A DNA stretch of 64,000 nt from Chrysomallon squamiferum (lineage: Eukaryota; Animalia; Mollusca), in contig CM022668.1 in NCBI GenBank assembly GCA_012295275.1, positions 13,640,001 to 13,704,000 of the forward strand, read 5' to 3'. Of this stretch, positions 45,054-61,500 are shown piece by piece. The notes under the pieces were generated by a model that was given only the letters and a program-made list of their open reading frames with translations, was not told the origin of the DNA and made no database searches. Made by a program: the position numbers and the translations under genes. Each line of letters starts with the position of its first letter. Positions within the stretch are counted from its first letter, which is position 1.

Positions 45054-45884
45054 AGGGCTGGGAAAAGAGATCTGTTCCCGATGAAAACATATATCCCCGA
45101 ATGCAGTTTGTTACGATCCATCTAGTTTCAAATTGTCTTTCAATCTAATTTACGATATATGTATGAACTAGTAATGTATTTTTGTTATCTATTATTATAT
45201 TCAACTATATATATTATGTTTAATGTAAGCTATTTGTATGTGTCTCTACGAGCAGTATACACGTGTGCATCTATATATATTTATATGTATGTCTACCTTT
45301 AGGTTTAAAGTAAGTTATTCATATTTGTCCCTGTGTACACTACGTACGTGTGTGTGTATGTTATGTGAAGTTTATATTTTCTACCGGGACAATTCAAGCA
45401 CAAACACTTAAAGTATATGAAGAAGTAAAACTAACTCACTTATTGATATATGTTTCAAAGAGTTAGTTCTTTTTTTCTTTTTTTTTTTAAACTGTATTAC
45501 TCTGTTTGTGTGTCTATCCCTGTATTTCTTTATCTGCCATCAATCTATCTGTAAAATATCTATAGACTCTTTAATGATAGAATGTACGAAAAAAGTTATT
45601 TATATTGATCAGTCACATAGTGATAACAAAAAACAAATAATATTTAAGTGATAAAATTTCTCATTAAAGATTAAGTACTATTAACTCAGTTATTGATGTA
45701 TATTTCAGAGAGTTAATCCTTTTAAATTGGATCAATCTATTAACTGAGTAAGAAAGAAAATAATATATTTTTTTTAGACAACCTTTAATTAGCATGAAGT
45801 AAAGCAATATCAAACACTGGTACTGTACTGTAAAAGTAAGTACACATATCCCGCAAAGGTATCTAGGCACTCAAAAATAATTGT

Positions 45885-46360
45885 TAAACTTTCAACAAAT
45901 TAAATTTCCGCAGCACATATGATTCTACGTAGATTAATGCCAAGTTATTAAGGTTAATATCTTTCAGAGTGGAGCACAGGTAATTCGTTTATTTAATACG
46001 TTTAAGAGTAAAAAAAGCTATACTAAAAATACCGGGAATCTACTATAAAATCAAACATATATATGCCTAAATGGTATCTAGGTAGATGGTAGTTTTTCTC
46101 GTTAATCTTTCTGAAAACTGATCCAGAATATTGTCAACATTTAATTTCCAGAGCACAGACGAGTCTACCTGGATTAATGCCAAATTGCTGAGCCTCTCAT
46201 ATTTCATTGTGGATCACGTTTAGGAGCAGAAAAAAACCTCTCTCCAGAAAAGTTTGTATCGAGAAATGACAAGTAAATACGTAAACAAATGTACACGTTT
46301 GGAAAAGTTTCTTGCATTTCATTCCTGACAGTTTTGACCAGCAGAAGAATTAAGATTGGG
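45885..46360 (-). mobile_element. hAT relic copies upstream of gene B (partial ~45885-46015, fuller ~46110-46360)
   Basis: Same nucleotide block as the other hAT relics. Confidence 0.6.
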
Positions 46361-47779
46361 AGGTGACTCTCAACCATTCAGCCCATCCGTAATAGTGCAT
46401 CAAAATTTCATATGAATTGACCCATTATTTATTTTTTATACAGTTTAACGCATCTATAGAGTCTGTCGTATCAATGAGGATTCCTATAAACTAATTTCAG
46501 TGAAGCGCACGAAGCATTGACGTTTACATAGTATTAACATTCAACATTTAAAGTAAAACAAAATTAAATTAAATTAAATTAAATAAACAGGTAAATAAAC
46601 AAGATTACATGGCTCCCTGCCCTTGGTTGATCGCTAGGCTTCAACACAGTAAGCCTTAGACAATGTGTCGCACATAACATAGCTAAAAGAGAATATATTT
46701 ATTGTTGAGGTTAACGTATTTCTCCGAAAATAAAAATTTACTATCGATTTAGTTTCCTATGTTGTTTAATTGGTTTATTAACTATCATATTTTACTGATC
46801 GACGTGACAGACTAGTTTTGTACGTAATCTAATTAGTATGTATAATAAGAAGAAAAGAATTTTAAAATAAGTAAACTAAAATATATAAAAAATTAAATAT
46901 AATATAAAATAAAATAAATAAAATAAAATAATATAACTGAAATAATCGTCATGCAGATCTGCTGAAAATTAGGTAAAAAAAATTATTAAACGTAATTGTC
47001 AGCATGAACGTTCACCTCCGAGACTGTTATATGATACCTCACTGACAATACACCGTGTATAAATGGAAATAACATATTGTTTAGTTCTTTACAAATGCAT
47101 TGATATGTAACATTTGATAACGTGTCCACATGCAAAGATCTGTGTGTCTAACATGTTATTCTGTGTATGTAGCTCGCATATGTTGCTTTATAAAAGGTTT
47201 GGCAAGACATTTCTGATCTTGAAGAAAATTATATTTCTCTGAAAACTGCCTTTTAGGAGCAAAATCGTGGTGTTCATATTTTCTGTCAGAACACCCCAAG
47301 TACAACATTTTAAAAAGAATTAAGGAAAAGTACTTCTAACACAATTAGTAATGTGTTTTTTTTTCTCCTCTATTTCTCTGTCTACCCATCAATCTCTGTG
47401 AAACATCTATATACATTTACACTGTGTAATGATAGTATATGCGAAAAAGTCATTTATATTGATCAGTCACATCCTAGAGTGGTTTTAGTTTATAATAAGG
47501 ATAAAGAGGATTCCTATAAATTAATTTCACTGACGCGCATGAAGCCTTTCGCGTCTACATGGTATTAACATTTAACACTAAGAATATGTTTTTTATATTT
47601 CTTGTGAAATGTTTCATCATGAGCTTTCTATCAAGAAATACATTTCTAAAATAAGAAAGAAGTAATCAAACTCCACCAATAACCTTCTTATCAACTTCAA
47701 GTATTTTCTTTATGCTAAATAGTTTCTGTTAATTAATTACTTTATTTATTACATTTTAATTCACTTTAAAACGTCTTAC

Positions 47780-47789
47780 CTGAAGCCAT
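47780..47789 (-). CDS. Putative first coding mini-exon of gene B (ATG GCT TCA G|gtaaga)
   Basis: ATG followed 10 nt later by a consensus phase-1 donor CAG|GTAAGA, which matches the phase-1 AIG1 acceptors. TATAAAA lies ~105 bp upstream. Confidence 0.65.
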
Positions 47790-47893
47790 ATCTTGTCTTT
47801 TCCCTAAGAATTGAATTCAGTTCGGACTGTTCACCACAGAATTAGTTTGTGAAAGCCGCTTCACGACAAATACAGCACAATACTCGTTGTTAC

Positions 47894-47900
47894 TTTTATA
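47894..47900 (-). promoter_or_regulatory. TATA box (TATAAAA) of the 47.8-kb first-exon module
   Basis: Consensus TATA at a conserved position within the repeated promoter module. Confidence 0.5.
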
Positions 47901-49149
47901 CAAGGGTTGGCAGAACAGCTTTGTTCCCGAGGACAACGTAATCTCCGAAAACAGCTAGTTACAGCCCACCCACTTTTCTATATCATACAACAGCCTTATT
48001 AACTATCTAACGAGGTGTACTGTCTGAAGAAAACAGAGCAAACAGAGTGTGACATAACAGTTATTAATACTTCGAATTCATGTGTTCGTTGTGGGTTTTA
48101 AATTGAAACTAAAATACTGATATAATAAACATGCTATTTTATCATAGCAGTATTAGATCTGTATGTTTCTTCAGACATGCATACATACAGACAAGCATGC
48201 ACACAAACCACATATAGTATTAAATACAACACATTTAACACGGAATTTTTGAAATGGCTAAATGTCCTCTGTTTTAGAAATACATTAGTAATTTAATTAC
48301 TTAGAAATTCTGAAAAATAAGTTTGAAATACATAATTATTAGATATCACTGCATTTGTTTGTATTTAAACAGTTGTGTTACTTGAAATTATATTATTAAG
48401 CTGTTAAGCATACCAAGACACACACACGCACACACACACACACACACACAATAATAATAAAAATAATAATAATAATATTTCAGTTTGTTTCACTTGAGGA
48501 TTTTAGAATAAACTCGTCCTTTCTTTTTGTCATATGAGCGATGACTCAAAATACAGGGTGCCTGCCTGACATAACATATTTAGTTCTGTATTAATGCCAT
48601 GATATGTGATATTTCATAACGTGTCCACATGCAAAAATCTGTTTATCTGATATATTGTTCTGCAATACGGTTTACTAATTGTTGCTTTACAAAAGGCTTG
48701 GAAAGAAATTTTATGCCTGAGGAGAGATAATATTTCTCTTAAACTGCTAGATACGATCTAACAGCCTTCTTATATAGGTTAAGCGCTTTATGAACTATCT
48801 GACAGTGTGTAATATATAAAAATAACAACGAGCAGGTAGTGCGATATGACAAATATTAATACTTTGAATTCATGTGTACTTTGTGTCGGTGTTGAAGTAA
48901 AAATAATTTTAACTCCAAAACAGCACAATTCATTTCTACTGCATGGAAATAAATATCAAATCACCTTATCCGCGGTTTGTGGCTAGGTGACTCAGATATT
49001 ATAGTTTATTTAATTGAACGTTTTTCTTTTTCTTCAAATGTAACGATAAATAATAATAATAATAAAAATTATCAGCAGAAGCAGCATCTTTATCATTATC
49101 AGCACCATCTTCATCATTGTTGTAATCGTCATTATCATCATTATTTATC

Positions 49150-51160
49150 TTATTATTATCATCATCGTCATAATCAGGAACTCGTGTTGTGTGTAAATGT
49201 CAACAAAAGCCTAAGTTAATGGCTGATACATGTTTGAAATTTTCTTTTGAGAACCTTATGAAATTCTGTGTGTGTTCCACTGAGCATAAATAGGATTCGG
49301 GTGATTTGTCTAAAATAAATGTTGTGTCATCTGCATTCTAGGAAATAACACAATTTCCTTCATATATAATCGATACCTTTGACATCGTTTGGATTTCTAA
49401 TGACTAATGCTAGTATTTCAGAACGTACTATAAAAATATAAGGACAGTTGGATAATGTACTGTCAAAAGATTGACGTTAATTATCTAAGATAAAGACTGT
49501 GTTGTCTGCACACTGAAAAATAATATAATTTATTAGCATCTTTTATCTGTAACTTTGACACCTTAGAATTTGTAAATAGTAATTCTAGTATTTTAGAGCA
49601 TATTGTAAAAAGAAAGGGAGAAAGTAAATCGTTTAGTGTTTCTTCTCTTTACCGATTAGCACTGTCCCAAATATCCAATTTCTAAAACTGTCACCAATTT
49701 AAAAAAAAGAAAAATTATATATATATATATATTAATGATTTAATTTTCAAAATATCTATATTTGTCTCGGTAAAGAGTTTGAAAAGACTGAATCGAAAGC
49801 TTTCTCAAATTCCTGGTGTTTTATGATATTTTAAATATTGCATTATATCATAAATTAATTGTGGATTGTCATGTATATATCTGCATTTAAAAAAACTCGG
49901 TTTGATTGTTTTTCTTCTTTCTAAATCAGTTTTTACTGTATTTTCTATGCATTTGGAGGCAAATTTCTGTACACAGTTTATGATTTAGTAATGTGTCCTC
50001 AGTTCTTTCAGAAATTTTTTCATATGTTATATTAGCTTTTGCAATACGAGCAAGGATTTTTAAAATTTGTCCGTAGGAGACATTTCGTTTATATTTTAAC
50101 TATGTTTAATGCATCTAACAATGGCTAAGGTTATATCAATGTACAGCCAATTTCACATGACTGTATTCGACTGGGAACAACAACAACAACAACAGTACTA
50201 CTACTACTACTACTACTAATAATAATAAGACAGTAAATAATTTAAAAAAAGATGCTCCGACTAGGAGGGCGAAATTAAACGCTTACAATATTGCAATTCA
50301 TGGGAGATAACTTGTTTCTTTCTTTTTTTTGTATTTTTTGTCACGAATTCTTGTCGTGAGCGTGTTAATGTATACACTCTTTTATTTTATTGTATTGTAT
50401 TGTATTTGTATTTATTTATTTATCTGTTTATCTGTTTTGTTCTTGTTGGTTGTTATCTCTTTATTCTTGGCCTGCTGTTCTCGTTGTTATCACCTCTTAA
50501 TGTACTTTTATATTTTTATTTTAATGTTTTCTTTCTTAATTTATATACAACCCCTATACTCATTGACACACCCCCCACACACACACACACATTTACTTTG
50601 ATCATGGATAATATGTAATACTTCATTGTTCATGATATTTAATTAGTAAGTATATCATTATTATTATTATTATTATTATTATTAGCATTATTATTATTCT
50701 TTCTGTTGTTGTTGTTTGTGTCTACACACACATATATAATAACATAATCTTGTTTCTTTATAACAGTAACCTATCACTATTTATGTAGATTAATATTTAC
50801 AAAATAATTAGCATTGATTTATGGATTTTGGAGTATAATATAGATAACCAAAAGTTTATGTTTCTGATTCATTTACCTTTATATTTTGTAATATTAATGT
50901 GCATTAGGTAGATATGCTATACAAGATGTACTGAGTTATATAACTTTTCAAATGATAAATATTTCTCTACTCCACTGTCAATCTTTATGTCTTTCTCCTT
51001 CATTCAGTATAATTTTGATCTTTTTTCAGGAGTGGCTTTTGTTTCACAGATGTTATGTTGGTCTATAAACACTTTAAGAAACAAATATTCTTTCTGTTAA
51101 TGAAAAACTGGAGAGAAAAGATCCTTTGCTGAAGACTGAAAAAGAGTAACCACACTGTAA
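49150..51160. repeat. Segmental duplicate of ~430-2500
   Basis: Collinear match (cataatcaggaactcgtg..., gaaattctgtgtgtgttccactgagcataaataggattcggg..., gatgctccgactaggagggcgaaattaaacgc) at an offset of ~48.7 kb. Confidence 0.88.
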
Positions 51161-52506
51161 GACAGTTATATTTTTCACTAATCATTGTCAGTTTGATGAT
51201 TTTACTATATGTATGATTCTATAAAACCACATATTATGAATCATAATTAGGTTAATGTCTCTTTCTGTCTCTGTTCAGATCCACTGTTTCCATCAATTAT
51301 CTGGTTTTAAATATTAAAAATATTTCAGCTGTTTCAATAAGGACTAATTTTGTTTTCATTGGTAAATGATACAGAAACAAAAACTGCTTAATTAAACGTT
51401 AAACACACAAATATTCACTGCAGTTACCAGACATTACTTAATGACAACAATAACAACAGATAATAATAATAATAATAGAAATAACAATAATAATATGAAT
51501 AAAAATAACAATAATAAATGTGCACAAAAATTAATGATCTATGATAGTGTAATTCATGGGAGGTAATCTAAATTGTTATTTCCATTCTCCATAATCCTCA
51601 TCATGTTAGTTTTGTTTCCTTCGCTGGAGTTTGATTAGTTTTGTAGTTGTTGCTGTTGTTACAGTTGTGATATTTAGTGGGAAGATTATTATTATTATGC
51701 TATTATTATTGTTGTTTTTGTTTCTGTCTACACACACATATATGGTAATGCATTCTTGTTCCATTTAACAAAAAATTGTCTCACTATGTAGATGGCATAC
51801 ATTTTTCTTCCATTAGGTTTCACAAAATAATAGCATTGATTTGCGCATTTAGGCCTATAATACAGATAACCAAAAGTTTATGTTTCTGATTCATTTACCT
51901 TTATATTTTGTAATATTAATGTGCATGACTTATATATGCCATACCAGATGTATACTGAGTTAAATAACTTTTCAAATGATAAACATTTCTCACATCCACT
52001 GTCAATGTTTATGTCTTTCTGTCTCATTCAGTTGAATTTTGATCCTTTTTTCAGGAGTGGCTTTTGTTTCACTGATGTTATCGTGGTCTATAAACACTTT
52101 AAGAAACAAATATTCTTTCTTGTAATGAAGAAATCCAGAGAAAATATCCTTTGCTGAAGACTGAAATAGAGTAACCACACTGTAAGACATTGTCAGTTTG
52201 ATCTTTTATATTATTTTTATGATTCTGGAAAACCATACATTATACCTCATAATTAGACTAAAATCTCTGCATATATAGATATGTAGATAGCCAGATAGTT
52301 ATATGGCTGGTCACCCTCTTTATGTGTTTCTTTCTTTCCCCTGTTTCCATCAATTATCTTGTTTTAAACATTAAAAATATTTCAGCAGTTTGAATAAGGA
52401 CTAATTTTGTTTTCTTTCATAAATGATACCGAAACAAAAAAGGGTTAATTATACATTAATCACACAAATATTCACTGCACTTACCAGACATTAATTAATG
52501 ACAATA

Positions 52507-52542
<36 letters not shown>

Positions 52543-55500
52543 TATAATAATAGAAAAAATAGTAATAACAATAAAAATAATAAAAATAAATATCCTCCAA
52601 CTGGGAGGGCGAAATTAATCACCTATGATAGTGTAATTCATGAGAGGTAATCTAAGTTGTTATTTTGATTCTCCCTAATCCTCATCATGTTAGTTTTGTT
52701 GTTGTTGCTGCTGCTAGAGTAATTGTTGTTGCTGTTGATAATGATTGTGATATTTAGCAGCAGTATTTTTATTATTATTATGCTATTATTATTGTTGTTT
52801 TTTGTTTCTGTCTAATCACATATATAGTAATGTATACTTGATTATTATTACAAAAATGTGTCTCACTATTGATCTGCATACTCATTTGCCACTAGGACTT
52901 GCAAAATAATTAGTACTGATTTATTGATTTAGGTGTATAATACAGATAACCAAAACTTTATATTTCTGATTCATTTACCTTCATATTTTGTAATATTAAT
53001 GTGCATGAGTTAGATGTGATATACCAGTTATATAACTTTTCAAATGATAAACTGTCAATCTTTATGTCTTTCTTTCCCAGTAAGTTTAATTTTGATCTTG
53101 TTTCAGGAGCGGCTTTTGTTTCACTGATTATGTTGGTCAATAAACAGTTTAAGAAACAGATCTGCTTTCTGTTAATGAAAAAATGGAGAGAAAAGATCCT
53201 TTGCTGAAGACTGAAATAGTGAAGGCACACAGTAAGAAACTTGAATTTTTCACCAATCATTGTTAGTTTATACTATATTAATTATTCTACAAAATGATAC
53301 AATATCCATCACAATTAGATTAAAATCTATTTTTCTCTCTGTTTATATAGATAGCCAGATAGATATATAGACGACCTCCCTCTTCATGTGTTCCTTTCTT
53401 TCCCATGTTTCCATCAATTATCTTGTTTTAAATATTAAAAATATTTCAGCAGTTTCAATAAGGACTAATTTTGTTTTCTTTCATCAATGATCCCGAAACA
53501 AAAACTGGTTAATTATACATTAAAGAGACCCAAATATTCACTGCAGTTATCAGACATTACTTAAAGACAACAATAAACAACAACAACAACAACAACAATA
53601 GAACAATGATAATAACAAATGTGCTCCAACTGGAAGGTCGAAATTAAATACCTAGGATTCTTTAATTCATGGGAGATAACCTAAGTTTGTTATTTTCATT
53701 CTCCGTAAACCTCATCAAGTTAGTTCTGTTTCCTTCACTGGAGTTTGATTAGTTTTGTTGTTGTTGCTGCTGCTAGTGTAGTTGTTGTTGCTTTTGCTAT
53801 GATTATGATATTTAGCGGGAGTATTTTTATTACTATTATACTATTATTATTATTGTTTTTGTTTCTGTCTACATAGGTGTTTAGTAATGTATTCTTGTTT
53901 GTTACTGCAAAAACTTGTCTCACTGTTTATCTGCATACATATTTGCCTCTAGGACTTACAGAATAATTAGCACTGATTTATTGATTTTGGTGTAAAATAC
54001 AGATAATCAAAAGTTTATGTTTCTGATTCATTTACCTTTATATTTTGTAATATTAATGTGCATGAGTTAGATATGCTATACCAGTTATATAACTTTTCAA
54101 ATGATAAACATTTCTCACATCCAATCTTTATGTGTTTCTCTCTCATTCAGTTTAATTTTGATACTTTTTCAGGTGTGGCTTTTGTTTCACTGATGTTATG
54201 TTTTTAATGAAAACCTAGAGAGGAAAGATCCTTTGCTGAAGACTGAAATAGAGTAACCACACTGTAAGACAATTATATTTTTCACTAATCATTGTCAGTT
54301 TGATGTTTTTAGTATAAATCTACATATTGTGAATAATAATCAGGTTAATGTCTCTTTCTGTCTCTGTTTGTATAGATATGTAGATAGATGAGATGTATGG
54401 ATGATTTCCCTCTTATGTGTTTCTTTCTTTCCCTTGTTTCCATCAATTATCTTGTTTTCAATATTAAAAACATTCTGCAGTTTCAGTAAGGACTAATTTT
54501 GTTTTCTTTCATAATTGATAGCAAAACAAAAAATGGTTAATTATACATTAAACAGACACAAATATTCACTGCACATATCAGACATTCCTTAATGACAACA
54601 ACAAATTATAATAATAATAATAATAATCATAATCATAATAATCATATTACAAATAACAATAATAATATGAATAAAAATAATATGAATAAATGTGCTCCAA
54701 AATTAATGGTCTATGATAGTGTAATTCATTGGAGGTAATCGAATATGTTATTTCCATTCTCCATAATCCTCATCATGTTAGTTTTGTTTCCTTCGCTGGA
54801 GTTTGATTAGTTTTGTAGTTGTTGCTGTTGTTACAGTTGTGATATTTAGTGGGAATGCTATTATTATTATGCTATTATTATTGTTGTTTTTGTTTCTGTC
54901 TACACACACATATGTAGTAATGTATTCTTGTTCCTTTTTACAAAAACTTGTCTCACTATATATCTGGCATACTTTTTTTTCCACTAGGTGTTACAAAATA
55001 ATTAGCATTCATTTGCACATTTAGGCCTATAATACAGATAAGAAAAAATTTATGTTTTTGATTCATTTATCTTTATATTTTGTAATATTAATGTGCATGA
55101 CTTATATATGCCATACCAGATGTATACTGAGTTAAATAACTTTTCAAATGATAAACATTTCTCACCTCCACTGAAAATCTTTCTGTCTTTCTGTCTCATT
55201 GAGTTGAATTTTGATCCTTTTTTCAGGGGTCGCTTTTGTTTCACTGATGTTATGTTGGTCTATAAACACTTTAAGAAAGAAACATTCTTTCTTGTAATGA
55301 AGAAATCGAGAGAAAAGATCCTTTGCTGAAGACTGAAATAGAGTAAGCACACTGTAAGACATTGTCAGTTTGATCTTTATATTATTTTTATGATTCTGCA
55401 AAACCATACATTATATATCATAATTAGATTAAAATCTATTTCTGTCTCTGCATATATAGATATATAGATAGCCAGATAGTTATATGGATGGTCTCCCTCT

Positions 55501-58500
55501 TTATGTGTTTCTTTCTTTCCCCTGTTTCCATCAATTTTCTTGTTTTAAATATTAGAAATATTTTAGCAGTTTCAATAAGGACTAATTTTGTTTTCTTTCA
55601 TAAATGATACCAAATAAAAACTGGTTAATTATACATTAAACAGACACAAATATTCACTGCACTTACCAGACATTACTTAATAGGAACAACAACAACAAAT
55701 AATAATAATAATAATAATAATAATAATCATAATCATAATCATAATCATAATCATAATCATATTAGAAATAACAATAATAATATGAATAAAAATAATAATA
55801 ATAAATGTGCTCCAAAATTAATGGTCTATGAAAGTGTAATTCATGGGAGGTAATCGAATATGTTATTTCCATTCTGCATAATCCTCATCATGTTAGTTTT
55901 GTTTCCTTCGCTGGAGTTTGATTAGTTTTGTAGTTGTTACTGTTCTTACAGTTGTGATATTTAGTGGGAATTTTATTATTATTATGCTATTATTTTTGTT
56001 TCTGTCTACACACACATATGTAGTAATGTATTCTTGTTCCTTTTTACAAAAACTTGTCTCACTATATATCTGGCATAGTTTTTTTTCCACTAGGTGTTAC
56101 AAAATAATTAGCATTCATTTGCGCATTTAGGCCTATAATATAGATAAGAAAAAATTTATGTTTTTGATTCATTTACCTTTATATTTTGTACTATTAATGT
56201 GCATGACTTATATATGCCATACCAGATGTATACTGAGTTATATAACTTTTCAAATGATAAACATTTCTCACCTCCACTGACAATCTTTCTGTCTTTCTGT
56301 CTCATTGAGTTGAATTTTGATATTTTTTTCAGGGGTCGCTTTTGTTTCACTGATGTTATGTTGGTCTATAAACACTTTAAGAAACAAACATTCTTTCTTG
56401 TAATGAAGAAATCGAGAGAAAATATCCTTTGCTGAAGACTGAAATAGAGTAACCACACTGTAAGACATTGTCAGTTTGATCTTTATATTATTTTTATGAT
56501 TCTGCAAAACCATACATTATACATCATAATTAGATTAAAATCTATTTCTGTCTCTGCATATATAGATATATAGATAGCTAGATAGTTATATGGATGGTCT
56601 CTCTCTTTATTTGTTTCTTTCTTTCCCCTGTTTCCATCAATTATCTTGTTTTAAATATTAAAATTATTTCAGCAGTTTCAATAAGGACTAATTTTGTGTT
56701 CTTTCATAAATGATACCAACTAAAAACTGGTTAATTATACATTAAACAGACACTTACCAGACATTACTTAATGACAACAACAACAAATAATAATAATAAT
56801 AATAACAACAACAATAATAGTAATAACAATAAAAATAATAAAAATAAATATCCTCCAACTGGGAGGGCGAAATTAATCACCTATGATAGTGTAATTCATG
56901 AGAGGTAATCTAAGTTGTTATTTTGATTCTCCCTAATCCTCATCATGTTAGTTTTGTTGTTGTTGCTGCTGCTAGAGTAATTGTTGTTGCTGTTGATAAT
57001 GATTGTGATATTTAGCAGCAGTATTTTTATTATTATTATGCTATTATTATTGTTGTTTTTTGTTTCTGTCTAATCACATATATAGTAATGTATACTTGAT
57101 TATTATTACAAAAATGTGTCTCACTATTGATCTGCATACTCATTTGCCACTAGGACTTGCAAAATAATTAGTACTGATTTATTGATTTAGGTGTATAATA
57201 CAGATAACCAAAACTTTATATTTCTGATTCATTTACCTTCATATTTTGTAATATTAATGTGCATGAGTTAGATGTGATATACCAGTTATATAACTTTTCA
57301 AATGATAAACTGTCAATCTTTATGTCTTTCTTTCCCAGTAAGTTTAATTTTGATCTTGTTTCAGGAGCGGCTTTTGTTTCACTGATCTTATGTTGGTCAA
57401 TAAACAGTTTAAGAAACAGATCTGCTTTCTGTTAATGAAAAAAATGGAGAGAAAAGATCCTTTGCTGAAGACTGAAATAGTGAAGGCACACAGTAAGAAA
57501 CTTGAATTTTTCACCAATCATTGTTAGTTTATACTATATTAATTATTCTACAAAATGATACAATATCCATCACAATTAGATTAAAATCTATTTTTCTCTC
57601 TGTTTATATAGATAGCCAGATAGATATATAGACGACCTCCCTCTTCATGTGTTCCTTTCTTTCCCATGTTTCCATCAATTATCTTGTTTTAAATATTAAA
57701 AATATTTCAGCAGTTTCAATAAGGACTAATTTTGTTTTCTTTCATCAATGATCCCGAAACAAAAACTGGTTAATTATACATTAAAGACACCCAAATATTC
57801 ACTGCAGTTATCAGACATTACTTAAAGACAACAATAAACAACAACAACAACAACAACAACAATAGAACAATGATAATAACAAATGTGCTCCAACTGGAAG
57901 GTCGAAATTAAATACCTAGGATTCTTTAATTCATGGGAGATAACCTAAGTTTGTTATTTTCATTCTCCATCAACCTCATCAAGTTAGTTCTGTTTCCTTC
58001 ACTGGAGTTTGATTAGTTTTGTTGTTGTTGCTGCTGCTAGTGTAGTTGTTGTTGCTTTTGCTATGATTATGATATTTAGCGGGAGTATTTTTATTACTAT
58101 TATACTATTATTATTATTGTTTTTGTTTCTGTCTACATAGGTGTTTAGTAATGTATTCTTGTTTGTTACTGCAAAAACTTGTCTCACTGTTTATCTCCAT
58201 ACATATTTGCCTCTAGGACTTGCAAAAGAATTAGCAATGATTTATTGATTTAGGTGTATAATACAGATAACCAAAACTTTATATTTCTGATTCATTTACC
58301 TTCATATTTTGTAATATTAATGTGCATGAGTTAGATGTGATATACCAGTTATATAACTTTCAAATGATAAACTGTCAATCTTTATGTCTTTCTTTCCCAG
58401 TAAGTTTAATTTTGATCTTGTTTCAGGAGCGGCTTTTGTTTCACTGATCTTATGTGGGTCTATAAACAGTTTAAGAAACAGATATGTTTTCTGTTAATGA

Positions 58501-61500
58501 AAAAATGGAGAGAAAAGATCCTTTGCTGAAGACTGAAATAGAGAAGGCACACAGTAAGAAACTTGAATTTTTCTCCAATCATTGTTAGTTTATACTATAT
58601 TAATGATTCTGCAAAACCATACAATATCCATCACAATTATATTAAAAATATTTCAGCAGTTTCAATAAGGACTAATTTTGCTTTCTTTCATCAATGATCC
58701 TGAAACAAAAACTTGTTAATTATACATTAAACATACAAATATTCACTGCAGGTACCAGACATTACTTAATGTTAACAATAAACAACAACAACAACAACAA
58801 CAACAATAGAACAATGATAATAACAAATGTGCTCCAACTGGAAGGTCGAAATTAAATACCTAGGATTCTTTAATTCATGGGAGATAACCTAAGTTTGTTA
58901 TTTTCATTCTCCATCAACCTCATCAAGTTAGTTCTGTTTCCTTCACTGGAGTTTGATTAGTTTTGTTGTTGTTGCTGCTGCTAGTGTAGTTGTTGTTGCT
59001 TTTGCTATGATTATGATATTTAGCGGGAGTATTTTTATTACTATTATACTATTATTATTATTGTTTTTGTTTCTGTCTACATAGGTGTTTAGTAATGTAT
59101 TCTTGTTTGTTACTGCAAAAACTTGTCTCACTGTTTATCTCCATACATATTTGCCTCTAGGACTTGCAAAAGAATTAGCAATGATTTATTGATTTAGGTG
59201 TATAATACAGATAACCAAAACTTTATATTTCTGATTCATTTACCTTCATATTTTGTAATATTAATGTGCATGAGTTAGATGTGATATACCAGTTATATAA
59301 CTTTTCAAATGATAAACTGTCAATCTTTATGTCTTTCTTTCCCAGTAAGTTTAATTTTGATCTTGTTTCAGGAGCGGCTTTTGTTTCACTGATCTTATGT
59401 GGGTCTATAAACAGTTTAAGAAACAGATATGTTTTCTGTTAATGAAAAAATGGAGAGAAAAGATCCTTTGCTGAAGACTGAAATAGAGAAGGCACACAGT
59501 AAGAAACTTGAATTTTTCTCCAATCATTGTTAGTTTATACTATATTAATGATTCTGCAAAACCATACAATATCCATCACAATTATATTAAAAATATTTCA
59601 GCAGTTTCAATAAGGACTAATTTTGCTTTCTTTCATCAATGATCCTGAAACAAAAACTTGTTAATTATACATTAAACATACAAATATTCACTGCAGGTAC
59701 CAGACATTACTTAATGTTAACAATAAACAACAACAACAACAACAACAACAATAACAATAATAATAATAAATGTGCTCCAACTGGAAGGGCGAAATTAAAT
59801 ACCTAGGATTCTTTAATTCATGGGAGGTAATCTAAGTTTGTTGTTTTCATTCTCCCTAAACCTCATCAAGTTAGTTTTGTTTCCTTCGCTGGAGTTTGAT
59901 TAGTTTTGTTGTTGTTGCTGCAGCTAGAGTAGTTGTTGTTGCTTTTGCTATGAATATGATATTTAGTGGTAGTATTTTTATTACTATTATACTATTATTG
60001 TTGTTGTTTTTGTTTCTGTTTACATAGGTGTATAGTAATGTATTCTTGTTTGTTATTGGAAAACCTTGTCTCACTGTTTATCTGCATACATATTTGCCTC
60101 TAGGACTTACAGAATAATTAGCACTGATTTATTGATTTTGGTGTAAAATACAGATAATCAAAAGTTTATGTTTCTGATTCATTTACCTTCATATTTTGTA
60201 ATATTAATGTGCATGAGTTAGATGTAATATACCAGTTATATAACTTTTCAAATGATAAACATTTCTCACATCCAATCTTTATGTGTTTCTCTCTCATTCA
60301 GTTTAATTTTGATACTTTTTCAGGAGTGGCTTTTGTTTCGCAGATGTTATGTTGGTCTATAAACACTTGAAGAAACAAATATTTTTTCTGTTAATGAAAA
60401 ACTGGAGAGGAAAGATCCTTTGCTGAAGACTGAACTAGAGTAACCACACTGTAAGACAGTTATATTTTTCACTAATCATTGTCAGTTTGATGTTTTTACT
60501 ATATGTATGATACTATAAAACTACATATTGTGAATAATAATCAGGTTAATGTCTCTTTCTGTCTCTGTTTATATAGATATATAGATAGATAAGATGTATG
60601 GATGATTTCCCTCTTATGTGTTTCTTTCTTTCCCTTGTTTCCATCAATTATCTTGTTTTTAATATTAAAAAAATTCTGCAGTTTCAGTAAGGACTAATTT
60701 TGTTTTCTTTCATAATTGATAGCAAAACAAAAAATGGTTAATTATACATTAAACAGACACAAATATTCACTGCACATATCAGACATTCCTTAATGACAAC
60801 AACAAATGATAATAATAATAATCATAATCATAATCTAATAATCATATTAGAAATAACAATAATAATATGAATAAAAATAATATGAATAAATGTGCTCCAA
60901 AATTAATGGTCTATGATAATGTAATTCATAGGAGGTAATCGAATATGTTATTTCCATTCTCCATAATCCTCATCATGTTAGTTTTGTTTCCTTCGCTGGA
61001 GTTTGATTAGTTTTGTAGTTGTTGCTGTTGTTACAGTTGTGATATTTAGTGGGAATGCTATTATTATTATGCTATTATTATTGTTGTTTTTGTTTCTGTC
61101 TACACACACATATGTAGTAATGTATTCTTGTTCCTTTTTACAAAAACTTGTCTCACTATATATCTGGCATACTTTTTTTTCCACTAGGTGTTACAAAATA
61201 ATTAGCATTCATTTGCGCATTTAGGCCTATAATACAGATAAGAAAAAATTTATGTTTTTGATTCATTTATCTTTATATTTTGTAATATTAATGTGCATGA
61301 CTTATATATGCCATACCAGATGTATACTGAGTTAAATAACTTTTCAAATGATAAACATTTCTCCACTGAAAATCTTTCTGTCTTTCTGTCTCATTGAGTT
61401 GAATTTTGATCCTTTTTTCAGGGGTCGCTTTTGTTTCACTGATGTTATGTTGGTCTATAAACACTTTAAGAAAGAAACATTCTTTCTTGTAATGAAGAAA